DNA of 63,481 nucleotides, the filler included, from Phoronis australis (Eukaryota > Animalia > Phoronida): the NCBI GenBank assembly GCA_002633005.1. It is 11 parts of 11 records of this genome, joined end to end, with 100 filler letters (N's around TTAATTAATTAA, not from the genome) between each part and the next. Parts side by side here need not be neighbours in the genome. Positions count along the whole stretch, not along the records: positions 7,355 to 11,177 come from NMRA01001843.1; positions 11,278 to 18,585 come from NMRA01002036.1; positions 18,686 to 21,059 come from NMRA01003708.1; positions 21,160 to 24,132 come from NMRA01003297.1; positions 24,233 to 30,543 come from NMRA01000764.1; 6 more parts are not named here. One strand, given 5' to 3'. Both the position numbers and the translations under genes were made by a program. Below the pieces are notes generated by a model. It was given only the letters and a program-made list of their open reading frames with translations, was not told where the DNA came from and made no database searches. Shown here one piece after another: positions 10,851 to 24,523 of this stretch. Positions within the stretch are counted from its first letter, which is position 1, and every line of letters starts with the position of its first letter.

Positions 10851-13800
10851 CTAGTAAACATAAAACCGCGTCTTCATTAATGATTTAAAACGTCTGAAAC
10901 AACTTTTATTCAATGCCTTAAAGCAGTCATAAACTCGATTTCCATCACAAAAACCAATTTTTGACTTGGACGATTTCCATACAAATTAGATCTCAAACTG
11001 TTCCGCAGCCAATCACTTCTTCGCAAGACCACCTGACTAAAGAACAAGCTGAGACTAATTTCATAGCGGTAAGTGGTCTAAATCAAAAAGCAGTTTCTTT
11101 GACAAAACACCGGTTCAGAGTCCCTTTAATAAAAATTTCCATCAGTGCAGCTTTGAGGAGACTAGACATTCGCTACTNNNNNNNNNNNNNNNNNNNNNNN
11201 NNNNNNNNNNNNNNNNNNNNNTTAATTAATTAANNNNNNNNNNNNNNNNNNNNNNNNNNNNNNNNNNNNNNNNNNNNTCTTATCGCGACATATTTTTGGA
11301 CTAAGTTTGCTTGTTTCACAAATATCGACTTATATTTAAAGCTATTATCATACTCCAGGGGCACACTCGTAATCATTCATTGTCTTTGACAACCGGATAT
11401 CATTTTTATCCATCGTCATCAATTTTCGCGTAGCAGGCATAAAATTGTGTAGCGCTCCGTTGCATCAGACTTAACGATTCAGCGCTGTATACCATGGTTT
11501 TGCGCTTTTAAAGAGGGATCATCGGCTTTACGACTGGAAACACATTTTTCGGACAACTGTTGGATGCGATAGGCTTCTCGGAATCATTTGGTCTGACCAG
11601 AGCTATAAAATAATACAATCCGTTGTGTTCTTATTATTTTAGTAAATCACCAATTCTCTCCGTTGTTCGTCAAACATACTCAAAAATCAAGGCTGGTGGC
11701 TTTATCTTTAAATGCACTTAAAAATACTCTGAAATTAACCGAGAATTGTTTAGCTCCGCCAGCAGAGTGCAACTGAGCGCGGGGGTAGTTGCAGCCTCAA
11801 TTTCGCTGAAAATATTTTTCCCTGTAATGTGCCTCGTCTTGATGTGGCTATGTACCTGCTTTTGATCCCAAAAACAACTTTTAATTTTCATTTACCGTGA
11901 AATTGGTCTCATATTGTTGCTTTGTCAAATTAATATTTTAAAAAATAGAATTGTTTATTGCTTGAGACACGGCTCTGAATTTTGTCTTCTCTCGTCGTGC
12001 TATTTTATCCGCTGACGATCAGGTCTCAAGGAATAACGAAACGTCAATTCTTTGTCAACTCAGAAATAACGTCTTATCAAAGAATGAAGCAACTTGAGAC
12101 CAATTACATAACGGCGAGTGGACTTCTGTCAAAAGCTCGTTGTTTTACGGAACGCTTTAAGGCAAGTGCTATGAAATACCCATAAAAAAGCAGAACATTA
12201 GGTATACATTAATCTTCAATGAATAGGTGGATTGCTAGGTTTAGTACACCGCGTAAAAAGAGGGGATGAAGGGATTTTTCGTTACACGTGAAACGGTATG
12301 TTTGCCTTGCGTAAACGTGAAACTGGTGTTTTTCGTGTCCGGCTGAATAGCGATTGGAATGTCACCGTGACCGTGACTGTCGTGAATCCCGAAAGTGGAC
12401 CAAATTCGCGAACGTAAGTTGGGATCAGTGTGATGGGGGATAGGATGGTGACTGGGGTGGGAGGAGACTGGGCGGGGAACTGGCGGCGATCTACCGGAGA
12501 ATTGGTGGTATCCGGGTCTGAGAATTGAAGGCGACTAGGAAAAACAAAAAATCTGTCCTGATCCGTGAAGCTTGAACAAATGCGGTCGTAAATCGTGAAA
12601 TCGGTATTTAAACACGTGTGAACCGTACTGTGACACCCCTTGGCTTCACACATTCTAAAATACAAAAGTACACAATTCAAATAAGAGACTATCCACAATG
12701 GGCCTTTTCTCACATGATCGCGTGAAGCTGGGGGGGGGAGGGTTTCCTCTTCCGCGTTATAGAAAAGAGGTGCCGCTGCACGTTTAAAATCCAGACCAAT
12801 GAAATACCTTAGCAACCATAAAAATGATACCCGAAACACTAAAACGTAAGAAATTTCCATAACCGAGACAATACAAGTCATGTCGAGTAACCGAGAAGAC
12901 AAAATAGCAACCCGTGACAATACGCAAGAGAGACTGTAAAATCGTCACTCGCGACAGTACCCGGAGATGGCAAAATAGCCACCCGAGAAGGCAAAATAGC
13001 CACCCGAGTTGGTGGCACGCCATACAAAGTCCCGTGGCGTCGTCTCTGCAAGGACTTATGGGAAATGGGGATCTCATATGCAACTCATCTACCATGTTCA
13101 TGTGTCGAACTTCCAACCAATTTCTACTCTGGTGTGAGTCATACACGAAAGCGTTACAAACAGGCCGCAACTCACAAAATCCTGGATTTACTCGTTTAGC
13201 AAATCGACTAATTACACATGGTACAGTTGTTTGTATCATAATTGTATCAAAATTGTTAGTTTTTATGGTTGGTAGACAGCTTTGCTGATATATTTCCTTA
13301 TACTCGCCACCGAAAATTCATATTAAAAACCAGGTTACCACAAACACAAAGAATGTTTTCGCTTATTTGGGACCTTATCGTCAAGTCTGGGCATTCGGTC
13401 GAATATATAAGGAACTGTACATATTGTCAAAAAGTAGAGAGCATTGATTTTGACTTTCTATCGCACTGCTATTGATTGGGTCACGTGAACACGTCTTTTA
13501 AGTAATAGTTAGCAAAAAAGAAACCCTATTACTGAAAAAAACAACCGGTATCAACAAAACGACTAAAATATATTTGACATAAAAGTTCAAGACGAAATTT
13601 CAAAAAGACTTAACAGTTTTCTAGACTATTATTTCGCTTTCGCTTTAATGTATTTTTTTTTTTAAAAATCATAAAAGTTTTATCTTTGATGGCCCCTCTT
13701 GCAAACAGGAAATCATTTTAAAACAATCCCTAATAGCGTTTTGGAGAATAGAGCACAAAGCCTACTATGTGGAAGGTTCATTTGAATCAGAGAGTGATAA

Positions 13801-14107
13801 TTTATAAGAAATGATGTTCCCAGGGTTGCCAGATTTGGAGATTTTTATGAGGTTTTACCATGATAGAAAAGGATTCTCATTTTCAAACGGACCATTGAGA
13901 TCATAGTGTGCAAGTAAAGAAGAGTATCAAAGCCATCAAGTTTGACAACTTCCGGTTGCTTCATATCAAAGGCAGGAAAGCTCTTAATTTATTTTCGCCA
14001 ACAGAGTCGCCGATACAGACTCGTATCGTGTGCGTTGTAACTGGATCAACTGACATGAAAATAAGTCTCAGATACAGATTCTGCAAAATTCGTTGAACTT
14101 AATCTGA

Positions 14108-14779
14108 GGCCAGTTCCAAGAAACTGACATAAGTTCATTTTTGACTTAATTCTAAGATTTGGCTCAAATCCCAAACTTTGAAATTTACACATCCAGTAAG
14201 TTAATCAAAATTAAGACAAAACTTAAGTCAAAAACTTAAGTCAACTAAAGATCTCTTTCTTGAAACGGACTTGAGACAAATTTAAGTTTTAACTCATGCA
14301 AAGAACTGTACGATGGCAGTTGGCTTACCTCAAAATCCAACCGCTGCCTGGTGATTTGGTATTTGGTCCAATTATGTTGCAAAACCAACAGAATTAATGA
14401 GGAACATGTTATTGAAACATTAAACAAAGTTACGTTTTATGTTCTAAACGTCGGATTTTTGTCCAATTTTCAAAATTCAAAAACCTTATCACTTGCGCTT
14501 TTCATGAACTATTCAAACATGCTGTTCACAAACTATCAGCACTAAATTTGAAAATAATACAGTCGCCCCTAATATGTTTATGATGGCTTTATTATCAAGA
14601 GAATAATAACTTCAGCAGCCTGAGGCTATTTAATTAACCACAACAGCATGGTGTCTTTGATCTAAGCCGGCAGAATCTGTTGATCGCAAACTGGTCGAGT
14701 TTGCCCAATCTCGACCTGTTAAGGTGTCAACTGAGCTTTAAGAATTGTCTTAGCTGAGTTAGTTTTCTTGGAATGGACC
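14108..14779. mobile_element. MITE, PIF/Harbinger-like termini
   Basis: Imperfect TIR GGCCAGTTCCAAGAAACT / AGTTTTCTTGGAATGGACC. Confidence 0.5.
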
Positions 14780-15035
14780 TTTGGTTGATAGGTTGAAATA
14801 GTTTATTTTTGGTGGACTTAATCACTGAAGAAACCTATTTATCAACAGTAGCGGGGGTTTACGTATCCAGTATCGTTATAAGAACGAGAGAAAAAACGTT
14901 TTTGCTGACAGGGTTACACCTCTTGATATCTAAAAGTTCCGTCACTATATTATTACGCCCCTCGTGCTTATGATTTCTTCGCCGTGAAAACGAAGCCTGT
15001 TAAAGCATGTACGAGTGAAAAACGATGTTTTTCAG

Positions 15036-15196
15036 GAAGTGAGTGTGTTCGTATTCGACAAGAAATTGGCCGATAAGTTGAACAAGCCAAAACGAAGAGA
15101 CGCTGTGTCTGACATCTTGCGACGGGACGTGGATCTACTGTCAAAGTACAGACATCCAAAGCTGCTTCAAGTGATTCACCCTGTAGAAGAGTGCCA
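15036..15196 (+). CDS. SCY1-like pseudokinase (SCYL2-like) internal exon (EVSVFVFDKKLADKLNKPKRRDAVSDILRRDVDLLSKYRHPKLLQVIHPVEEC)
   Basis: ttcag acceptor, gtaag donor. Resembles the recalled SCYL2 N-lobe EVAVFVFDKK...LRHPRLLTVQHPLEES. Could be an invertebrate paralog, so no symbol is given. Confidence 0.85.
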
Positions 15197-17029
15197 GTAA
15201 GCTCAATTTATTTTGTTCAAGAGTGTCAGTACATTTGACTCAACTTGTACAGGGTTTTAAGTTCGATTTATCTTGTACTAGAGTGTCGCAAATCTTTAGT
15301 AGTAGGTGTTATCAGAACCATAATACCGGGCTGCTTTCCGTTGATCTAAGACATTCGTGAGAAAATTTCATGTGCTTCCGTTGTAGTGCATTGCGATATA
15401 TGACGAGGTCTTGCGTTTCTTTGGTCTACATAGGAAATATTTAGATTTAGAAGGCCCCCCTGGTCATGACCAAAAAACGTGACCGGCATCCATTTAAAAA
15501 TCGTGGTTGTCTCTACTTGTAACGCCCGGGATCCACCGGTGCTATGTTATGTAAAAATGATTCATATACAAGCAATGCAACGTTGTTATTATTTATATAG
15601 CTGGTGTTCCAATCGGTCAGAACAGTGGTATGATACTTGCACTTTCGAAATTTTACAACCATGCTAACACATTTGACGAAAATTTCCTGTATTTACACAA
15701 AGCGTTTGTGATGAGAAAGAAGAAGAATATGCTCAATTGCTTTCATATAATTTGAAAAAAACGTAGCAATCGACACTTTTGTTTCGTCTACGGAAATCCG
15801 AAAGTGTGCACTGTCGCGCGCTATTCTTTAATTTCGCAGTTCAAATACATTTGGGGTGTTTTTCATTGAAAAATACAAATAATGAATCTTGGGACTTTAT
15901 TATTTATAAATTACAACGGGCAGAGAAAATTGACGAAATGCGGTGGATTGGGTCCCTCTCTCAAATTTTAGCTGTTATTTACGTGAGACCGGTTGCACGG
16001 AAGTCATAAATTGCTAGATACGGAGTAAACTATGTCTTCTATACTTGGGGGATGTTACGCACGCCAATTACATGTACGTCTGCTTCCACACAAAACGATC
16101 GAAGTATTTTTAAAACGTACGGATATATCAAATTTCTGTTTACAGGACAATGAACGTAACGATCTTCAACGTTATCTATTAATGTATATAATGTGCAATT
16201 ATTACATGTCGTCACAACCAGCTCATGATACATGTAGCTTGCACGTAAAACTCTGGATCAATATCCAAGTACAATCAGTTAACAATATAACTGTGACAAA
16301 TAGCAGTCGAGTAGACTGGCAGTGAATCTATCGCCTTTAATCCCTGGTTGGGGTACGTTCAGTAGAGCGAGTATCTTGAAGGTTTAGCGAGATCACGCAT
16401 AATCACGCGAGTGAGAGGCGAATGTTCACGTGTAAGCTTGGGGCCTTATTATCGCTCCAAAAGAACGCAACTGAAGCGTACCGCAATACTTCACAAAATA
16501 TCACCATGCTTTATAACGGGAGGGCACTCCCAAAAAAGAGATGACATTTCACGATTAATTTCTCTACAAAAGGGTGCCTTTTTGCAACTAATTTCCCTGT
16601 AAAAGCGTTACGGAATGTGTCCGACTTGTTTGGGGCGATTTTCGCCATTTTCCAGTGTTGCAATGAGTAGATGCCATATCTCGCGAGTAAAGCTTGTTTG
16701 TTCACGTTACTTGGCACAATACTTGGCAATATCTAGGGCGAAGTCTCGTCATTTTGAATTTTTGCGTTCTTCTTGGGTCTTCGGAACTCAAGCTTGGAAT
16801 GTGTTCCATAGTTTCTTGTGAGAAAAGCAAGAACTGGCAAGACCTTGCAAAATCACACAAGTGAAAGGCGAGAGTTCAGCGAGTGTGCTGGAGAGCAGAG
16901 CTGCATGCCGTTAAGAACAAACTGACACGATCCGATGTTGGTATTTGACGAAAGGATACGACATTCTGACGATATACTTCATGAAATTTTTGATTGCAGA
17001 AGAGTACAATTTTGTAAACGACAAACCAT

Positions 17030-17570
17030 GCATTGTTACAAGAAAAATGAGCTCTCTATCTGTAGACAGATAGGTATTCTCTTGTATATTGGTGCTCCAT
17101 GCCAAGCTGAAAATCCGCTGAGAGGGCATGCTGCTTCCAAAGAAACGTACCTCCTCGCCAACGTTGTCAACATGGGGCTGGTGGTCTGGGGATTACCTCA
17201 AAACACAAGGTGGTCGTGAGATTTTCTAAGGGCAGGAAAACTTTTGTAACCCTCACTTTCAGATGTGCTTTTTCTTCTATTGACAACATTGGACTGATTT
17301 CAGTCATGGCAGTCTTGTTATTCTCTTCAAACAATTCCTCGATTGAAGGCACCTCTTCTTGGGAGGATCCGACACTAGCTTGATCATTAGCATTGGGCCT
17401 AGCCCCGGCCTCTACTGGTTCTGTTTTGGGTCCTATCACGGGGTGTCTGTGGAATTCAACGACACACTCTTTAACCTAGTCCAGATGTCTTCCGTTTCGC
17501 ACTTTGAATTTAAAGTGTGTATCTCAAGGACCATGGCATCTTCGAAAAGAGGCCTCTCGTCCCATTAACA
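17030..17570 (-). pseudogene. Degenerate hAT (ZBED1-like) transposase C-terminal dimerization domain
   Basis: Frameshifted pieces PMLTTLARRYV / PSQRIFSLA / LST..LIFL echo the hAT motif YPxLxxLARRYLxxPATSVPSERxFSxAG...LIFL. Confidence 0.55.
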
Positions 17571-18884
17571 GCTTTTGCTTCAGGCGGTTAATTTTATGAT
17601 TATGATGAAGTACATGCAGATATCGTCATATTTCAAAGATGTAAAATGCTTAACCAGAAACTTAACAGACGGGCCAGGATTTGGCTACACATAGGTGACC
17701 TGTCGCTAATTATGGGAACCGTTGTCGTGTACATTATCTTCAACAAAGTACACTTCTTCGCCCGGTGTCCTCCGTGTATTTCTCAGTACACGGACGTTTC
17801 ATTACGACGATGCTTCGTGGGATATAGCAATTAAAACGACTACCCCCTTTGGAATATTTTGAGTATTGCACATGACTGTTATCTCCTGTATCGAGCATTC
17901 GGGAATGTTTCATCATGAAAACACGGGACTCAAAGTCACCAAAAACTAAGAAAAAAGTTATTTTTCTAACATATCACACGTGACATCGGTATTTTCACCA
18001 AACGATTTTCGATACCAAGTACCGGTATCCATTTCTACTTGGGAGCTTGCCAACATTTCCTAACAAAATGTCCACCATTGAATTGAATGTTGGAAAGTTG
18101 AATTTTGGGATTGACATCATTGTTTCGGTTGCATTAGCGAAGATTTTTCTCTGCAAGTGCAAGGTAACGTCTTGAGGGGGGGTGGGTTAACGGAACTCAG
18201 TCCTAGCATAGTCCCTATTTTTGCTCAGGATTACACTCTACACCGCGAGAGAATCCGATATGACTGTAGCAATATTTACGCACGTTCTTGGTATAGAGCC
18301 TACGACAGTTTCATATTGTGGTACTTAACGTTAAATAACAGATATCTACCGTGTAAAACTGGTATCCAATGAAACTGTTCCACGACAGAGAAATAAAGCT
18401 TATGTAGGTCACACCTATAGTTTTTGCCCGCGAAAATGCTCTTTGTCACAAACAAGTTTTGATTTGGCGAAATTAACATTGTGATATTGATCTCAGATTG
18501 TTCCTTAGACATGGTAAGAGTTCTGGGTTTGGTGAGTACTGACAGTTCGTTATTTCATGTGATAGCGTGATCTAAAAATTAAGGTNNNNNNNNNNNNNNN
18601 NNNNNNNNNNNNNNNNNNNNNNNNNNNNNTTAATTAATTAANNNNNNNNNNNNNNNNNNNNNNNNNNNNNNNNNNNNNNNNNNNNCCACACGGATTTTAC
18701 TGGAACAGCCCTCAAGGAAAACAAAACAGAAAAAAAGAAATTGCCATTATGGGCACAGCGTTCATTGGATCTGCCTGAAAGACGTCATCTGTAGTTAGCT
18801 TCATATATTAATTAAATACAATTATTAAATTAATAAAGATCCTGCAGTGTGTTTAGGAGATGCAGCTATCGGCGCAAAACAAAA

Positions 18885-20215
18885 CAAAACTACCCCTAGG
18901 AGGCGCCATAGTAGACGAATTCATTATCGACAACCGTCCTCTTCACACTGAAAACATACATGCCAATTTTCAAAATCATTCTTAAAATAGTTTGGTTGAC
19001 TGAGGGGTGGACGCCAAAAAACAGACTCGAAAGCAGGAAAAATGCCCACTAGGTGGCGCAAAGTACCTCGATTCCATCCCAAAACGGGACAATAGCCTCA
19101 TCTCACCAACAGAGGCATATATTTCAAATTTTTTTGAAAATCTGTTGAGGACCTTCGAAGATACAGAGGCAAACGTAAAAAACTAACATTGCCACTAGGG
19201 GGCACACCTGTAGTCAGAGCCGTCCAAAAATCCTCGTCATCTATTGTCAACATCATATACCGTACTCATCCGGGTAACCACCCATGCTCGGCTTACCGAC
19301 CACCCCCGAAATTTTCAAATTTTCAGTTTTAAGCGCCCATGCTCTGCTTACCGCCCACCCTCAATTTTTCACGATCAAGACTGCCTTAAAAGTGTCTGTG
19401 CTTCTGTGAACGTTCGTCGCACAAAACTAAGATTCCAAAACGTGCGCAACTCTTTTACCTTTCAGTCACAATCAATCAGTTTTAGCGAAACCTGGAACTT
19501 GCCTTACTATGGCGGTAAAACACCCGTATTCTCATGCACTTTATTGAAGAAGACACAAGTTTTCATTTCGCTCACGCACAGAACTTGTGTCAGCATTTAC
19601 TGATCACTGAGACAGCGTCTGTCGAATGTATTTCATTGCCGTGGAAGAACAAGCAAAGCAGTACTTGACAATTTGAAGTCTGTGTTCTACCTTTCTGTGA
19701 TTCCCCGTGTGTGCCATGACAGTACACGAAACATCACCACCCTGAGCAATGAAATAAAAGAAAGCACGAGCACACCAACATTATTTTAGACGCATTGTTT
19801 TAAATATAAGCAGACACGAGTCATTGTGACAAGCCAACTTGTCTCGCTGTTCCCTGCCTCGGTTAATCGTGTTTTTAATGGCTCACTCCCGACACCAAAA
19901 TGGAAACACCCCACAAAATGGAAGCGCCCAACCAAAAGCAACAGCGCAAGAAATCAACTTTTTATAAAGCGCAAGTAGAACATTCTATCCACATCCACGT
20001 GGTAAAAAAAAAACTGCCACTAGGAGGCGCCACAGTAAGAACATACATGCCAATTTTCACAATCATCCTTAGAGCGGTTTGGTTGATAGAGGGGCGGACT
20101 CGAAAACAGCAAAAATAGAGGTAAGCGTAAAAAACTAAAATTGCCACTACGGGCACACTCGTCGTCGGATCCGTCCGAAAGTTCTCTCATGCCATCAAAT
20201 ATACATGTGGGCACA
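18885..20215. repeat. Interspersed repeat with recurrent AA(T)TGCCACTAGG(G/A)GGCGC units, interrupted by the pogo-like fragment
   Basis: Motif at ~18893, 19045, 19189, 20015 and 20141. 18885-19040 resembles 20010-20115. Confidence 0.55.
19260..20005 (+). mobile_element. Partial copy (left end) of the pogo-like element at 777-2637
   Basis: TA|CCGTACTCATCCGGGTAACC start. Colinear similarity to 777-1420 with indels. Confidence 0.85.
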
Positions 20216-20320
20216 TAAAAAAATCATGATAGTTTTTACAACTCCAGATTTTACCCATTCAGACACATGTGGATTGTCTTAAGTTTATAGTTTCACATAT
20301 TGAATAATGAAATAGTTTAC

Positions 20321-20382
20321 CTTGTTGCCCAAACTCAGACGCTTCGCTGGGGTCTTTGGAGTCACAGCCTTCGGACTTGCAA
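20321..20382 (-). CDS. Small exon of TPK/SPK-repeat protein (VASPKAVTPKTPAKRLSLGNK)
   Basis: AG/GT bounded. Phase 1 start matches the donor of the 20772-21059 exon. Same repeat composition. Confidence 0.75.
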
Positions 20383-20771
20383 CTAGGTAAGAACAGGTTG
20401 TGTGAATAGTTGAACACGTAGTAACATGATTACAGTATGTTTCTGAAGAGCAAGACAGTTTGCTAGATGTTCCTAGCATTCCCAAGATGAAGTGAACGGA
20501 CCATGAATAATGAGAGTGAATGACATCATCAGCATAAAAACAACGAATCGGTGCAAAAATCAGTCAATACTAAAACTTGCAAACAAAAATGTCTTCAGAA
20601 TCATATTGAGCTTCAAACTGCCACTCATGTCATATCTGACATTATTCAAATTCCTTACTGAAGTATCACGTAGAAGGATACTCTAACATAAAACGAAGCA
20701 AACGGAAACAAAAATACAAAAATATCTCTAATCAGACAAAGGTGGACAAAATTACAATCAAACATTAGTAC

Positions 20772-21059
20772 CTTTAGCAGTAGCCTTTGGAGGGGATTTC
20801 AATGTAGAAACTCGTGGAGACGTCTTCTGAGGCGTTGGTGATTTCCTAGGCGTTGGAGTCTTGGTCTTCGGCGTAGCTTCTTTAGGTGCGGTACTAGGGG
20901 TGAGTGCTTTAGGTGAGGAGACTCTGGAAGTCTTGGGGGTGTTGGCCTTGGGCGTGACAGCCTTAGGCGTAGCTACTTTAGGAGACTTGGGAGAAACAGC
21001 CCCAGGCGTAGGAGTCTTGGCCAAAGTAGGCTTAGGGGTGACAGCTTTTGGAGAAGGGG
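20772..21059 (-). CDS. Exon of a basic low-complexity protein rich in S/T-P-K/R motifs (identity uncertain; Ki-67-like or other nuclear protein)
   Basis: Open frame from the contig edge to a GT donor, with many TPK/SPK/TPR motifs. Splices in frame to 20382. Confidence 0.7.
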
Positions 21060-23349
21060 NNNNNNNNNNNNNNNNNNNNNNNNNNNNNNNNNNNNNNNNN
21101 NNNTTAATTAATTAANNNNNNNNNNNNNNNNNNNNNNNNNNNNNNNNNNNNNNNNNNNNGCCATTCCTTTAGGTTTCTCGAGCTCGTTTCCTTCAACACA
21201 TAGCATGAATGTTCGTCCAACCGGTCGGAAATGGATCGACGTCTGGTCGTCTAGGCGACCAGTTGCAGACCAGCAGCGGTCTGCTAGGAGTCGTCCGCTG
21301 GGGTCGGCTCCTGGGTCGGCAAGCTGGCCCCCTAGCTTAGACGACCGATTCGTAGTGTACGTATCCCGAGTCGGCAATTGCCATTTTATGGATGACGTTT
21401 GGCCAAATAAAAAGTTCCTTTGCTGTGAGTTCTCCAGTGGCCACTCTGATCTTGACTTCAGTTTATCAACTTCCTCTTAACTATTTAAACATGGTAAAAC
21501 TGAAAGTACTTATGAGTTGCCTGAAACTAAAACGAAGTAAATGTTTGTGTGGAATTACCGAACGCGTGGTAATATCAAATGTTATTTGATTTCCCGAATT
21601 AAAATTTCGAACTCTAGCTGAGAGATTTTTTATACCTAGCCATCAAGAAACCTTTCAATGTTACGGTCAAACTGTACAAAATTTTAAAATCAGTGCTGGA
21701 CGTGTTACCGCCGCAGGTGTTGTTAAGCCGGGAAAAGTGCAAAGAGTAGCTGGCAATTCATCACGTATTCGCATCTGCCCATTGAATATCGTTTCATTTC
21801 TTATTGTGATAAGAAAAGGTTTATTTTGTACACAACATCAATTAATGGTTCATCACTAGCGTAGATTTTAACGTCATCGGTGCATGAAAACGGCAAGTGC
21901 AAACCTAGAATCAGTTGTAGTGTCGTCCACCACCTATAATGCGAAAGGCGAAGTTCACACGAATTCCGTCTCCCCCGCTCTACTACAGACCTTCGTTGGG
22001 CCCATTTCGGCACTGCCATTGTCTCAGATAGGGCAACTCGCCTTTATTTAGATTCGAAGTGTTCTGTTTTTCTCGCGTGCCGTCTTTTCGCGAACGCTGA
22101 GGGAGACAGGCCAGTTTCTTTCAGACTTTTGGCCTTGGTGACGCGAGTCCGTCGGCTTAATGACCTGAGTGACGTCAGTCCGTCGGGTTAATTTCGCTGC
22201 CTCCGCGTTCCATCGCATACTTTTTCGGACCTGTCGCCGCCAAACTTGGTACTCGGCTTCGGGGCAATTATCGCCTATTTTGTCACATGTCGCCCGTGAT
22301 TTGTTAGGAGAAGATGCCTCCACTCTTCGTTGTCTTTTTCTTTCTATGATGTTACGCGGGCACACCCGAATGTTTACAAACAGTTCATTCATTACTTATT
22401 GCGCCTTAGGGCAACACTCGACTGTTTACAAACAAAGCCAACGTCAGAGTACATGTTGGTTACCACATGGGACAAGGAAAGATCAGCTGCGAAACTGTAA
22501 CTAAAAACATTGTATCGGACACGCTCACATACTATACTAGCTTATAAATACAAAACTTTAAAAACGCGAACAAAAAGTTGGGGCTCGGCCTAACATAAAC
22601 GAAAAAGAAGTGTGGACGCAGACGCACGGAACAAAAAAAATCGTAAAAATACATTTTAAACAGAACGTGACGAATCTACGTCTTTGAAATGGTAACGTGA
22701 AAGTTATTCACTTTGAATGTTGCAAGAATTTCTACAAAAAAAACAAAAAAACACGATACCGCTTTCTCAAAAGCTCATGACAATTTTTCGCCCCGTGTCA
22801 CCCGTGACAGAAAGATTGGAGGCGAATTTAGGAACACAAGGCAAGAAAAATCGCGCGGCTCTATTCTAAATGACAATCCTGCAAACTAGAGCCACCCCAG
22901 ACACCTGCACAATATGCGGTAACAGGCATCGTACATGTACATGCACTGAATAAAGTTACACCAGAGACTAGAGGGAGCAAATTAACAAGTGAAACAGGCG
23001 CCTTTGCCTCACCGCAAATCTCCGTTTTCAGCACCACATTGGCGAACGATAGTGGCGACACCGTCGGTGTCTTCAACATTTAGAAGATCCCACTTCCCTG
23101 AAATAGGCTTCACTGCATTGGGACTTCAAAATGTTAAAGATTGCTTACGTTACAACTGTTTTTCCTGCTGGTATCAATTTCTCGTGCAATCATCGCTGCT
23201 CTTGTCTCAATACTTCTGAAACAGTAAGTTTTTACTGAAAAAGTGCCTCTGTCAATCAGGATCGGCTGAATCAGTTATTAGTGAAGAGCATCTGACTATT
23301 AAATTTGGAAACTGCAGAGAGTGGGAAAGGCCGGTTATAAAACGGCAGC

Positions 23350-24132
23350 CCAGATCACTTAGCATAGATGAACGAGGTACCAACATCTGACCATAGGAAC
23401 ACTTACAGTCCACCTCAGTATGCAGAAATGGTCGTCTGCCGTTGTCTGCACTCTGGGTATGACCCCTGGGGACCTTACAAGGGAGCCAAAAATGAGCTAG
23501 ATTAGATATTCGAGGCACCAACCAAAACTGATTTAAAACAGACAATAGTACCGCACTGAACACCGAATTTCCCATGAGAGACAAACTGCACTCTGCAAAG
23601 TGTCCGGCAGAAACCAGAAAGGACCCGACAAAAATGAGCTAGCTCATACGGCATTCGAGGTACCACAAAAAACCAACTCCATGTGATTCAATGTCACTGA
23701 TCACCAAATGTCCGATGACAGACAAAATACACCCTGGGTTGTGCCCACCAGAAACCCCCAAAAATGTCAACCACGGTATGCCATTGAAAATTTGAGCTAG
23801 CTTAGATATTCCAGGTACCAGCTAAAATTAATTTATAACCAACAATAGTACTGGACAGACAAATTGCACTCTGGTAAGGGATCGCCAGAAACCAAAAAGG
23901 ACCCCCCAAAATGAGCTAGCTCATACATTCGAGGTAACATAAAAACCAATTTCATGTGATTCAATACAATAAATGTCTGATAACAGACAAAATACACTCT
24001 GGGTTGTGCCCGCCAGAAATCCCCAAAAATGTCAACCACGGTAGGCCATAGTGAGCTGCATTATATATTCAAGGTACCGGCTAAAACTGACTTAAAACCA
24101 TCAATCATGCCCCAATGACCACCGGGTGGCTG
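23350..24132. repeat. Satellite-like tandem repeat, ~130-160 bp monomers in a ~280-bp dimeric unit
   Basis: TGAGCTAG...ATTCGAGGTACC recurs at ~23494, 23635, 23793, 23911 and 24052. 23580-23830 closely matches 23856-24100. Confidence 0.8.
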
Positions 24133-24232
24133 NNNNNNNNNNNNNNNNNNNNNNNNNNNNNNNNNNNNNNNNNNNNTTAATTAATTAANNNNNNNNNNNN
24201 NNNNNNNNNNNNNNNNNNNNNNNNNNNNNNNN

Positions 24233-24523
24233 GCCAGCACAGATGAATAGGTTTGTTCTTTGTTGAGACAGTTAGGGCCAGCACCGATGAATGTTACACC
24301 AAGGTGCTTTCCTTGTTGAGACGCTAGGGACAGCGCAGATGAATTTTGCATCAAGGTATGATCTTTGTTGAAACAACATAAACACTGATGAATGTGATAT
24401 GAAGGTATGCTCCCTGAGGAGTCACTAGGGCCAGTGCATATGAAGGTATGCTCCCTGAGGAGTCACTAGGACCAGTGCATATGAAGGTATGCTCCCTGAG
24501 GAGTCACTAGGACCAGTGCATAT
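24233..24523. repeat. Minisatellite: three near-perfect 41-bp units plus degenerate upstream units
   Basis: ATATGAAGGTATGCTCCCTGAGGAGTCACTAGG(G/A)CCAGTGC x3 at ~24397-24520. Confidence 0.85.

Noticed and set aside
12282-13288. Long overlapping ORFs (212, 151 and 124 aa) as genes
   Set aside because: No recognisable motifs, no convincing splice signals, overlapping on both strands, and partly made of short repeats (CGTGA, CAAAATAGCCACCCGAG).
21780-21910. Reverse-transcriptase remnant (CTDDVKIY, minus strand, resembling the F/YADD motif)
   Set aside because: A single short motif with no other RT blocks traceable. Possible but not supportable.
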